From Octopus vulgaris (lineage: Eukaryota), in the NCBI GenBank assembly GCA_951406725.2, contig OX597816.1:175584001-175648000 (forward strand): a stretch of 64,000 nucleotides of DNA. The letters are read 5' to 3'. This document shows positions 1 to 11,438 of this stretch, in pieces. A program made the position numbers and the translations under genes. Numbering within the stretch: position 1 is the stretch's first letter; each line of letters opens with the position of its first letter. The notes under the pieces are model-generated. The model made no database searches. It saw only the letters and a list, made by a program, of their open reading frames with translations, and had not been told where the DNA came from.

Positions 1-1899
1 TAAACGTGTGCCATGCCAAGCAGGTCGATCCATGACAATCTCCATCTTATACACTACTCCTTAGAGAGGGTGAGGAAACTTTGTGGTGCAGGGAGGGCAC
101 TGGTACATTTAGATCAGTCTAAAGCATTTGATAGGGTTGACCATCGGTACATGGCGGCGGTCCTCGAGAAGGCTGGCTTAAGCCCGACCCCCCGTGGTTG
201 GATTTCTGTGCTGTACAGCGATATTGAGTCTGTCGCGAAAGTGAATGGTTTCTTTTCAAAGCCATTCAAGACCGAACAATCAGTGCGTCAGGGGTGTTCT
301 CTGTCTCTGCTTTTGTATGTACTGGCTCTTGAGCCATTGCTGCGGAAGTTGGAGGCACTAGGGGGCACGCCACATGATCTATGGTGTGGAAGAGGAGCTA
401 CAGCATACGCGAATGACATCTCCATCATCACGGCAGATGAAGGCCAGCTTCCAGTGGTGGAAAAGGCCATTAAAAGTTACAAGGCGGTGGCAGTACTGTG
501 CAATAACGTCGTGGGGCGTTGGACGGGAGGTCCTGTTAAGCTGCTCGGAGTCTGGTTCGGGTCCAGACCTCCAGATAGAGAAAGATTGGAGTGAGGGGGC
601 CAGCAAGGTGACTGCTCTAACCCAGACTTGGTGTGGGCGGGCGTTATCCTTGCTAGGGAGGGCGGAGGTGGTGCAGACGTTTATAGCATTGGTTATCACC
701 TACCGTCTGACCATGGTACCTTGCTCTGGTTTGTGGCTGAACAAGTTGGAGAGAATCCTTTTCTGCTTTTAGTGGAAGCGAGGAAAGCCACTCGTGAAGC
801 GCTCTGTCTGCTGCCAGAAACCGCTAAATGGCGGGTTAGGGATGCCTTGGCTGAAGATGCGAAAATTCGTGTTAAGGTTGAGGCACCTCTGGCTTTACCT
901 GGATGGAGAGCAGGTGTGGTCACCGCACTTCCGGTTCTATCTCCCACAGTTAATGTCTTTAACAGACGTTGGTGCGTGGATCAAGAAGAGACCTAGGCTG
1001 GGGGACTGGCAATTGGAGTGCTGTCAGGCACTTCAGCTACTCTCTCGGATGGGTAATGCCGGCAGCAGGAGTTCCACCATGGATTTTTATAGCGGGTTAG
1101 TAGAGACCAAGTCCAAAGACGCCTTGGGGGAGACCCTGGGCTACGATGAAAATCAGTTAATCAACCTGTTCAGGAGAACATATGAGCCGGAGTAACTGGA
1201 TAATTACCAGAAATCCCTGGCTTGACAGTGCTTCCGTACAGCATCACCGGTTCATGACAAGCTTTCAAGGCACGGAAGTGCCGTCTTGCCGACATGCCTG
1301 AGATGTGGGCAGGATAGGGAGTGTCCGGAATTATCAGGACCGATAGCTTTCGTCAAACAACTGATGTCAGTGATGGGAAGAGGACAGCTACCAGCTGAGT
1401 CTATCATCAAGATCGTGCCACCCCCTTCCCTTAGCAGGTAAAGGAAGGCCTGTTTTTTCTGCGTAGTAGCCATACTGAAAGAAACAGTATGGAAGACGCG
1501 TGTGAAAGGTATAATGACAGGTACCTTTGTCACTGGTCAGGGGTCGGTCAACTTCTTTGGTTATCACCTCAATAGTAAGGTCAGGCTGGAGAAGAGGTGT
1601 CTGACACGGGATATGTTTGTTAAATGATGGAAACCTATGGAAAGTAAGTTAGGTGTGATTGGCACCAAGTAAGTGCATTCAAGATGAAAAGTAAAGGTTC
1701 TACCTAGGTGGCCGGAAGCCTTTAGGAAATACATTGCAAATCACAATGAACATAAAATTTTTTTTTATTTTAAAACTATATATATTTTTTTATGATTCAC
1801 CTATCATCCGAGACTATTTTTTAATCGATTAGCAGCTACTTCACCTTTTTATGTTTGTTTGTCTTTGTTTTTCCCCTCTGGCAAATTTGATGAAATAAA
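1..1899 (+). mobile_element. Tx1/L1-clade LINE, decayed ORF2 (RT and C-terminus) plus 3' UTR; runs off the window start
   Basis: Frameshifted ORFs 13-594, 374-772, 794-1195 contain RT motifs RSIHDNL, LDQSKAFDRVDH, SVRQGCSLSLLLYVLALEPLL, AYAND, LSLLGRAEV and NGGLGMP, typical of Tx1-type ORF2. AATAAA at ~1895. Confidence 0.9.
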
Positions 1900-2038
1900 G
1901 TAGCTTGCTTACCAATTACATGGTTCCGGGTTCAGTCCCACTGCATGGCATCTTGGGCAAGTGTCTTCTACTATAGCCTCGGGCCGACCAAAGCCTTGTG
2001 AGTGGATTTGGTAGACGGAAACTGAAAGAAGCTCGTCG

Positions 2039-2069
<31 letters not shown>

Positions 2070-2235
2070 GTATGTGTTTGTTCCCCCACTATCACTTGGC
2101 AACCAACAGTGGTGTGTCTACATCCACGTAACTTAGTAGTTCGGCAAAAGAGACCGATAAAATAAGTACTAGGGTTAGAAAGAATAAGGCTTAGGTACAA
2201 TTTGTTCAACTAAAAGTGGTGCTCCAGTATGGTTG
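1900..2235 (+). mobile_element. tRNA-derived SINE family A (possibly octopus OR1-like), 5'-truncated
   Basis: B-box-like GGTTCAGTCCC, GGGCAAGTGTCTTCTACTATAGCC, internal (TA)n; colinear with copies at 33090 and 40965. Confidence 0.85.
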
Positions 2236-2239
2236 TGGT

Positions 2240-5200
2240 GCAAAAACAGAATTACCTTTCGGACATGTCCTGCTCTACCACCTGATGTATGCCCAAAGCT
2301 AAGATCTGTAGCTTCCCTAAATCGCAACTCTGTGCCACAGGAAAGCTTTAACCTACGTGACAATGGGCAAATATGGAAATTCGTCAAGTCTGGTGAGTCG
2401 TGGATAAGGGATATCAGTTGGACTGAGCATACTACACCCACAATAACTGGCAATACAAAAATCATGGGAAACTAAACAAGAACAATCAGCCAGTTATTGT
2501 GGGTATATCATCGTCATCTGAAATCCAGATACAAACTGTTGTCCTTAAATGCCCGTAGTTTATGCAACAAGGTACATCTTTTTGACTCTTATGTCAAAAG
2601 TATCAACCCAGATTTCATCACATTCACAGAAACATGGGCACATTCTGCACTCTGTGATGGGGTTTTCAGCATAGCCGGCTATAAATTCTTCCGTAAAGAC
2701 TGCATTAATCGTTGTGGTGGGGGTGTAATGGTCTACGTTCATTCAAATCTATCGGCAATTCCTCGTGATGATTTGAACCAATCTCAACAGGAAGTATTTT
2801 TCTGCAATATACACATGACCATGTCAACACTTCTACTTGGAGTTGTTTGCCCCCCCTCCCCCAAATTATCATCAAGACACACAACTTTTTGATATCCATG
2901 AAAACAGCCACTTATGCTTATATTGCAGAGAACTTCAATTTCCCTGAGATTGACTTCCGTTGGCTGCAAAGTGCAGATGTTTTCCTTGAACTGGGGCTGA
3001 ATTCAAATTGGTCTCAAGTCGTTACCTCCCCCACAAGGGGTAACAACACTTTGGATCTGCTATTTACCACTTCTCCTGAAACAATTATTAGTGTCACTAC
3101 TGAAGAACCTTTTGGTGACTTTGATCATTCCATGATCATGACCGACTTGTCTCTGATTGGTTGTAACAAAAACCACAACCATCTTCAAACTACCCACTTT
3201 GACTGGAATAAAGCAGACTGGAGCTCTTATTGTACTGAGCTGCGATGCCCAAACTGGCTCGAATTTTATGCCTCTGGAGATGTGAACACTATACTTCAGA
3301 ACATTCTAAATATGGGCGGCATGTGCAGTATCAGTACCAAGCAAGCACAAAAAACCACACAATAGTGCAATTTGGGAGACTGCAGCAGTCTGACTTGCCA
3401 GGAAAGAACACCATAATGCTGAACAGGAATACAAATTGCACCAAACAGAGATCAACAGGAAAAAGTGCAATAGGTCAGCCAACCACCTCAAGCAGGTGAC
3501 AAAAAAGGCAGTGCTTGAATTCGAACAGTGCATAGCAACCAACCCTGACAGCAAAAGTGTTCTGGAAGTATGTACATTCAAAGCAGAGACCTCACTCCCC
3601 AGTTGGTCCCCTTCACAATCTCCACACAGGGGATCCCAAAGAATGTGCAGAAATCGTTGCTGGATGCAAAGCAGGCATCTTTACTGTCGAAGATCAAAAT
3701 GTTCCATCTCCATCACCTCTGAGACCAGACTCTATAACTACTATGAAATTTGTACCAGCAATGCTACAACGCCACCTTAAGAGTAAACGTAACTATGCCT
3801 CTCCTGGTCTCAATGGTGTTACATACCTACTTCTCAAACATGGTGGGTACTTTCTTCTAAACCAATTTTCACTATTCTTTCAATTCTGTTTTGACAATGG
3901 TGTTACTCCAGAGTAGTGGAAAACTGCCAGTGTTATCCCTCTGTTCAAAAAAGGCGACTGCACATCACCTGTCAGTCTTACTAGCTGCATCACCAAACTG
4001 ATGGAATCCTGTGTCAGAGAAACCCTCTGGAACTTCTGGAAGTCTCGCAGCCTCATCCAGCCATCACAATTTGGATTTATTCCTAACTCCAGCTGCTGTA
4101 ATCAACTCATCGAGTTTCTTGAGGACGTTACCCAAATCACTGATGGCAGCTCCTGGGTGGATGTTGTTTGCCTGGACTTTGCTAAGGCTTTTAATTCTGT
4201 GCCACACAAAAGACTTATGGTGAAACTCTCTGCAATGGGTGCAAGAAACAATCTCTATAACTGATTGAAGTCTTTTATTATCGGCCGAAAAGAGGTTGTC
4301 ACAGTTCTAGGACAGCACTCTTCACCCTATGAGATGACATCTGGTGTACCACAGGGATCTGTTCTTGGCCTCCTTTTATTTGTTGCATATGTTAATGACA
4401 TAGATGCCAACTTAAAGAATGCCACAGTGCTGAAATATGCAGATGACATCAAGCTGTACCTCGAAATAAAGAGGACAGATCCTGTACACTATAGATCTTC
4501 ATTGCAATCAGACCTGGACACACCGCAGCAGTGGGTATGGACTAGCAACTTAAGTTAGCTGTGGACAAATGTACCACCATGCATTTTGGGAGGAAAAACC
4601 CAGCGTCCACCTACTCTTTCCACAGCACTAATCTCAAAAAGTCTTCTTGTGAACGTGACCTGGGCAGTATTGTTGACAGCGATTTGCATTGGACAAAACA
4701 CATTGCTAAAATTGCTAAGAAGGCTGAGGATGTCTTGGCATCACTCACCAAGTCCTTTGTGAGCTGCTCTCCGGCTATCTATCTGAGGCTTTATATAGCT
4801 ATGGTGCATCCTCACCTGGAATTTGCATCACCGGTCTGGAACCCCTATCTTGCCCAGGATATTAATCGTCTGGAAGCCGTTCAGCAACGTGCAACCAAGA
4901 GAATACCCTACATCAGGCATTTGCCATATTCTGAACGCCTTACTTCCCTGGGCATGAACACATTGAAAATCCGACGTCTGGCAGCTGACTTGGCAGACAC
5001 CCATAAAATTATTAACCATATCTTACTAACAATAAGTCTGAGCACCTTTTCAAACTCCACCCATCTAACACCCGTGGGCATATTTACAAAGTCAGAAAAC
5101 AGCACAGCTCCCATGACTTTAGGAAACATTTTTTCCCGCTGAGAGTTGCTGAAGCATGGAACAAACTGCCGGCATCAGTTGTTAGTTGTCGGAGCACTGC

Positions 5201-5250
5201 ATCCTTCAAAACTTCCATGCTTTCTGAGTTTTGCCAACACTACACCTGAT
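2240..5250 (+). mobile_element. CR1-clade LINE, nearly complete but decayed ORF2 (APE endonuclease + RT)
   Basis: Endonuclease: LNARSLCNK, TETW, GGGVMVYV, NFNFPEID, PTRGNNTLDLLF. RT: QFGF, LDFAKAFNSVPH, SGVPQGSVLG, YADDIKL. C-terminus: HLEFASPVWNP, LEAVQQRATK, AWNKLP. Several stops and frameshifts. Confidence 0.93.
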
Positions 5251-5469
5251 TTTCTCTCTTATTTATTTAACGTAACAAATTACATCACAACATCTGATGA
5301 GGGTTTCAAAGCTCACATAGGTTATTTAACAATTTGTTTGTCATACAACTTGTTAAATAATAGAAGACCTATTAGATTCCATAGAACAGTTGCAACGGAA
5401 ACAACAAGAGCAGCAACAGGAGTTGCAAAATCAACTATTACAGCAGCAACTACAACAACAATTACTGGA

Positions 5470-5854
5470 TGGAAGCACTCCGTCGGTTACGACGATGAGG
5501 GTTCCGGTTGATCCGATCAACGGAACAGCCTGCTCGTGAAATTAACGTGTAAGTGGCTGAGCACTCCACACACACGTGTACCCTTAACGTAGTTCTCAGG
5601 GATATTCAGCGTGACACAGAGAGTGACAAGGCCGGCCCTTTGAAATACAGGTACAACAGAAACAGGAAGTAAGAGCGAGAGAAAGTTGTGGTGAAAGAGT
5701 ACAGCAGGGATCACTACCATCCCCTGCTGGAGCCTCGTGAAGCTTTAAGTGTTTTCGCTCAATAAACACTCACAACGCCCGGTCTGGGAATCGAAACCGC
5801 GATCCTACGACCGCGAGTCCGCTGCCCTAACGACTGGACCATTGCGCCTCCACT
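5470..5854 (-). mobile_element. tRNA-derived SINE family B (long tail) with 14-bp TSD
   Basis: Head GTGGAGGCGCAATGG..GGTTTCGATTCCC on the minus strand; direct repeat CAACAATTACTGGA at 5456-5469 and 5855-5868; matches the copy at 43581. Confidence 0.92.
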
Positions 5855-6902
5855 CAACAATTACTGGAGCTATATTCAAAGAAGTCCAAAACCGAGGAAC
5901 ATTCGTTTCCACCAGATGGCATTTTGAACTTCATTAATGAATTCAGTTATAACCCAGAAGAGGGTATAACTTCTGCATTGTACTACAGAAGATACAAAGA
6001 GATTTTGAAGCAAGATTGATAATCATGGTTCGATGAACAAAAAGTGAGATTGTTATTGCAAAAAGTAGCTCTGTTAGAGTATGAATATAACTGTAATTTC
6101 ATATTGCCCCCAAAAACCAATGAAATTTGTTTTAAAAAACAATAGAATTACTGTCTAACATATTTGGTGATAAAACTTCTCTATTTAACACTCGAATTGA
6201 GTGTTGGAATATAACAAAAAAAGGGAATGATTATTTTATCACATATGTAGGAACAGTCAACACAATGTGTAAAAGTTTTAAGCTCAAAGAACTTACACCT
6301 GCCTGAAATGTTCAAGTGTTTTATTTTTGTACAAATCCTTACAGCAAGCGAAGATACAGAAATTTGGACAAGGAGTCATTTTAAATTGGAACAATCAAAC
6401 TAAGATTAAACCTTACAGTCCGTGGCAGAAGAATGCCAAAGGATGGTAAACCTGAAATACGATGTAGAAAAATTCAAGAAAAAGATTCCTCAAAAATACA
6501 GATATGCTGACAGGAAAAGTACAACCAAAAAAGAGCACCACACCCTTATCCATGTTAGGAATGTGGGGGCATACATTTCAGAAAAGACTATCCATTTAAA
6601 AATCAAAAAAATGTTAGTTACAAAACAATTGGTCACAAGAGTTCACACTGCAAAACAAAATTGTGAAGGTCAAACGTTAAAAATCCTAGAATGCTCTCAG
6701 CAGAAATAAAAATCAACTCCCAAATGTAAAAATAAATGAAATACATATTAAACTTCCAATGGATATTGGAAGTGATATTTCAACAGTAAATATGGACACA
6801 CGGAAGAAAATATCGAAAGCTATGTTGAGAAAAACAGCGAAATCTGCTTGTAGCATGATGGGTGACAAATTACATTTCATAGGCAAAATGTGGACTAAAT
6901 AC

Positions 6903-7192
6903 TCTTTTATTTGTTCCAGTCATTTGACTGCAGCCATGCTACAGCACTGCCTTTAGTTGAATAAATTGACCCCAGAACTTATTCTTTGTAAGCCTAGTAC
7001 TTATTCTATTGGGCTCTTTTGCCGAACTGCTAAGTCACAGGGATGTAAACACACCATCATCAGTTGTCAACACACACACACATACATACGACAGGCTTCC
7101 TTCAGTTTCCGTCTACCAAATCCACTTACAAGGCTTTGGTCGGCCCGAGGCTACAGTAGAAGACACTTGCCTGAGGTACCACACAGCCACTC
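6903..7192 (-). mobile_element. SINE family A copy
   Basis: Reverse complement of family A (CAGTTTCCGTCTACCAAATCCAC...AGAAGACACTTGCC). Confidence 0.85.
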
Positions 7193-7715
7193 CTTTCACA
7201 TTTCAAGGGAAAACATGCAAGGCGTAAGTCTTTGTCATTAAAAATTTATGGGACCTCCTCATAAAACTCTATTGTAAAAATGTAAATGGTTGTCCCTCTA
7301 AAAATAATCTGTCTGAAGAGTTAAAGAAAAAATTAAAAAAGAATGTTTCTGCAAGTACTCTTGGACAAACTAAGTCTACATACAAAGACTGAAAGCCCAT
7401 GGTCCAGGATCCTTATAGACTACACTGGACCAGTGAACAGTGCATACTATCTAATCATTGTGGATAGCTATACAAAGTGGCCAGAGGTATGCAGACATAA
7501 TAAACCTACCGTAACAACAACAGTAAAGTTACTAGTTGAGTTATTTGCTCAATACAGTGTTCCAGACACATTAGTTCCAGATAATGGAAACAATTCACAG
7601 GATATGAATTAAGAAATTTCTGCAAAATACATTCCATAAAGCAATCTTTTCCCTGCCCTACCACCCAAGGTCAAATGGGTAGGTGGAAAGATCTGTTTTC
7701 ACATTCAAAAGAACT

Positions 7716-8113
7716 TAGTAGATTTAGTAGTAGTAGACAAAGGGAATAGAACGTACAAGATAATTGTCTTTACAGTTCCAAATGATGAGAAAGTCGATAT
7801 GAGAGGTACTGAGAAAACCAAAGTACTAGTACCAAGCCATTAAATTACAGGGACTATGGAAAGTGTGGGTAAAATGTATCCTTGTAGTTATAGATACACT
7901 AGGAACTGTCCCTAAAGATTTGAACAGATGGATAGATAAAATAGACATAAAACCTAGTTCAGTACAGCTCCAGAAAACAGTGTTATTAGGGACAACTAGA
8001 ATACTCAGGAGAGTTCTTGGAATCTAAGGTTATTTGTTGTAACCCGATGTTAGGAAGTTTTCTTTTCCAACAGTCTAATCTGTTGTGTACATAAGAAATA
8101 ATAATAATAATAA
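7716..8113 (+). mobile_element. R4/Dong-clade LINE 3' end (restriction-like endonuclease) ending in (TAA)n
   Basis: Translates as DLVVVDK..IIVFTVPND...LWKV..LVVIDTLGTVPK..LQKTVLLGTTRILRRVL*, then a short UTR and AATAATAATAAT. Dong elements are known to target TAA repeats. Confidence 0.85.
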
Positions 8114-8389
8114 TTTGAAAATGATCTCTGGCTTACCATCCTTGCAAGAAATGCAAAAAATTGTTTCAACATGTATTGCAAAGAGAATTGTCACAGTGAA
8201 AATGATTATCATCCAAACGAATAATTGTTTCTACATAACTTCATTTAACTTTGTAAATGAACAAACTGGCATGTTTATTTCAATGGCCTATCAATGTATA
8301 CAGTGAGTTTCTTTGCCCTAGGTGTCGAGGAGATACCTGGCAAGAAATGGAAACAAATTGAAAGAACAAAAACAGCAATAACAATGATA

Positions 8390-9000
8390 GTTTCTATTTA
8401 GGCACATGGTCAGAAATTTTGAGGTGAGAGTAGTTGATATCAACTCCAGTTCTAGACTGGTACTTGATTAACCCTGAGGAGATGAAAGGTGTAAAGTTGA
8501 CTGCAATAAGATTTGAACACAATGTTAATGCCAGAAGAATTACCCCAAAGCATTTTATTTGGTACTCTGATGATTCTGTCAATTCACCACCTTTAATAGC
8601 TTCTGATTTCAGCACAAGGCCAGTAATTTTGAGAGGCGGGGAAGTAATAGACAACATCAACCCCAGTACTTGACTGGTACTGTATTTATTGACTCAGAGG
8701 GATGAAAAGCAATGTTGACACTGGTAGGACTTGAACTCAGAGCATAAAGGGCTGGAACAGGGTAGTTTTTACCAATGATCTAATTATTCTGCCAGTTTGC
8801 CACCATATTGTTTCTGACTTAAGCACAAAGCCAACAGTTTTGAAAGGAGGAGGTATTTAACTGGTACTTCATTTTACTAACTCTGAAGGAATGAAAAGCA
8901 AAGTTGATCTTGGCAGGATTTGAACACAGAATGTAAAAACTTGGAAGAAATACTGCAAGGCAATTATTTTCTAATGCTCTAACAATTTTGCGAATCCAAT
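8390..9000 (-). repeat. Cluster of old, degenerate SINE family C copies
   Basis: Three diverged occurrences of ACTGGTAC..TT..GGATGAAA.GCAA.GTTGA..GGA.TTGAAC.CAGA. Confidence 0.7.
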
Positions 9001-9463
9001 AACAATTCCAGTATAGAGTACAAGGCAATAAATTTATTTGAGAATGGCTTGAGCTTGTATTTTTCTCAAGGATCTTAGAAGTGTAAATAAAATAGTTTCA
9101 TGCTCTATAACTTCTACACAATAATCATTAAACTAATTTTATATAATAAAAGAGAAGTGGATCTTCATCTGTCTGTCAGTCACAATGTCTATTATAGAGA
9201 GGAAAAAAGAGGAGGAGTCAAAATATACATCACAATGTATTTTTAGAAGAGGAAGAGAAACTGTTGTTGTTCAGAGAGAAATAGTGTGAGTGAGAGAGGG
9301 TGTGTGAAAGATAGATAGATAGATAGGTAGTGTTGTCACAATAGTAATTTACATGTTTTGATTTAAAAAGCAGGAATTTTAAGTGCAAGTCTGTCAACAC
9401 AGCACACTTCAAAAAAGACTATATGTGTACATATATATAGTTTTGAAACTAGCAAAATGGATA

Positions 9464-9547
9464 GGCCCTGAAGAAGCTGCACCAAATATTGTGCCAGGTT
9501 GCTTCTGCAACTGCCTGTAATTTGTGCAGTGGAAATATGTGTAGGTC
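9464..9547 (+). ncRNA. Type I hammerhead ribozyme-like motif HHR1 (decayed)
   Basis: Stem I GGCC/GGTC; core CTGAAGA 9468-9474; stem II GCTGCAC/GTGCAGT with inner hairpin GTTGC-TTCT-GCAAC; GAAA 9532-9535; short stem III TATGTG; triplet GTA. Confidence 0.6.
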
Positions 9548-10117
9548 ATAAAGATCATAAAAATATGTTGAATAAAGTTGTAAAATAAGAGGAAATAAAT
9601 TTTGAGGATGAACAAGACTCCATGTTCTCTATTGTTATAATTATTGCTAATATATACTCCAGGTAATATTACCATCCAGTGAAGCAAACACAGAATTACC
9701 CATCAGAGGCATTTACAGAGTGACTGACAACTAATAGTAGTGATAGATGCTAAATACTGATTGATGCGATTAGCCATAACTGGGAGCATAACTGAGAGCC
9801 ACCATAGTATCTGCCTGGATAATATATCCTTTCAAACTCACATTCATATATATACATATATAGATATAGTTTTTTTGTTGTTGTTGTTTGTGTTTGTGTA
9901 TTTCTGTGTCTTTCAACATATAGGCAAATACAACAAAGACTTTAAAAAAACTTTCACTTTGAATAGAAGAAAGAGAGGAAAAAAAGTTGTTGAGTGAGAA
10001 ATGCAGTGAGAGAGATAGAGAGTGTGTGTGTACGTCATCTTAATACCTAACAACTTTTGACTAAAAACGTGATAACTTTAAGTGCAAGTCAGTCAACACA
10101 GTGAAACACATCAAAAA

Positions 10118-10121
<4 letters not shown>

Positions 10122-10204
<83 letters not shown>

Positions 10205-10212
10205 TATATATA

Positions 10213-10274
<62 letters not shown>

Positions 10275-10375
10275 CTATATATATATATATTTATATATAC
10301 TATATATATATATATATTTATATACTATATTTATATACTATATATATATTTATATACTATATATATATATATATC
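10122..10375. repeat. (TA)n microsatellite with TAC/TTT variants
   Basis: Seen directly; a second tract lies at ~10660-10733. Confidence 0.97.
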
Positions 10376-10396
10376 GCATCGAAGACCGGTGATTGC

Positions 10397-10442
10397 CATG
10401 CACTGACGATGGGTAAATACCCAGAAACTCGGGTCCATGCGT
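10397..10442 (+). ncRNA. Minimal type I hammerhead ribozyme-like motif HHR2
   Basis: CTGACGA 10403-10409; stem II TGGGT-AAAT-ACCCA; GAAA 10424-10427; C-TCGG-G; GTC triplet. Stem I (ATGCA/TGCGT or CATG/CATG) is offset by 2 nt. Confidence 0.65.
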
Positions 10443-10665
10443 ATCATGTCAGGTCGATGATGGGAAGGATGGCTTCCCTTTGCAGATACGGATGGGGCAC
10501 AGAAAGTGTGTCAATAGCCAGCTGGAGAAGATGTTCTCCTGGGGCTACAAGCTACAGTAGCATCCACCCTTAGTGGATAACCACATTGAAGTGGCAAATA
10601 TACTTCACGTTGTCATGCAGCTACTGTCTATTACCTCATTCAGAGATTTATTATTGCTTATATAT

Positions 10666-10736
<71 letters not shown>

Positions 10737-10774
10737 CTGTGGCCATTTCATACGTGATGTGTGTTTCTTTATTT

Positions 10775-10856
10775 TTCCCCTGATGAAGGAGTAATTATCG
10801 TGATGCACCCTCATGCATTAAATACGGTGATGAACCCCTGAAATGGCCACAGGGAA
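10775..10856 (+). ncRNA. Type I hammerhead ribozyme-like motif HHR3 (decayed)
   Basis: Stem I TTCCC/GGGAA; CTGATGA 10780-10786; long stem II (AGG/CCT, ATTATCGT/ACGGTGAT, ATGCA/TGCAT); GAAA 10840-10843; palindromic stem III TGGCCA; triplet mutated to ACA. Confidence 0.6.
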
Positions 10857-11407
10857 TGTAAATATGGTTTCTTCCTTTTTTTTGCTTGGACACTGGCTTT
10901 TAAAAATAGGTTTTCCCTTATCTTGAAAAGTAATTTTTAATTGAAAAAATTTCTAAATGATGAACTTTTATCTTACCTTATATATTATTTATTTATATGT
11001 TTCCTATATATATGTATTTTTTATATCTTTTTATATATTTATATATTTCTTTATATTTTTATATATTTATTATTCTAGATGTTATAATGTTAAAATATAT
11101 TTTTTTTTAGTTGCTAACGTATTAATCATTAATTTTTAATCGCGATAGACTGTATTCAAACATTTTTCTTATATGCTTGTATTGATGAGTTGTGTTTCAT
11201 CTTCCGTGATTTTATACATGCATATTCTATGTGAAAGAAAAAGCATTATGTGGTCAAATGTTATGAGATATGAAATGACCTTATATTTGTTTGTTCTGCA
11301 ACCATGGTTTAATATATTTGTCTCATTCAATTGAGCACTTCTATAGCAGTCCTATTAAACATTTTGTTCCTGATAAGAAACAATCACTTTATTATTGATA
11401 TTTATAC

Positions 11408-11438
<31 letters not shown>

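Larger units (their letters stand above)
5375..7720 (+). mobile_element. Gypsy/Ty3 LTR retrotransposon remnant (gag, protease, integrase), interrupted by two SINEs
   Basis: Gag-like QQELQNQLLQQQ...NEFSYNPEEGIT..YYRRY read across the SINE at 5470; protease-like MDIGSDIS at 6759; integrase PWSRILIDYTGP..LIIVDSYTKWPEV..PDTLVPDNG..PYHPRSNG at 7343-7710. No RT or LTRs seen. Confidence 0.85.

Noticed and set aside
5290-5320. CTGATGAG..CTC hammerhead-like start
   Set aside because: No GAAA or stem III follows.
9650-9710. Minus-strand CTGATG-GGTAAT..ATTACC-TGGAG motif
   Set aside because: Both halves of the hammerhead core deviate, so it is too degenerate to call.
10082-10814. YIYI-repeat ORFs
   Set aside because: Translation of (TA)n.
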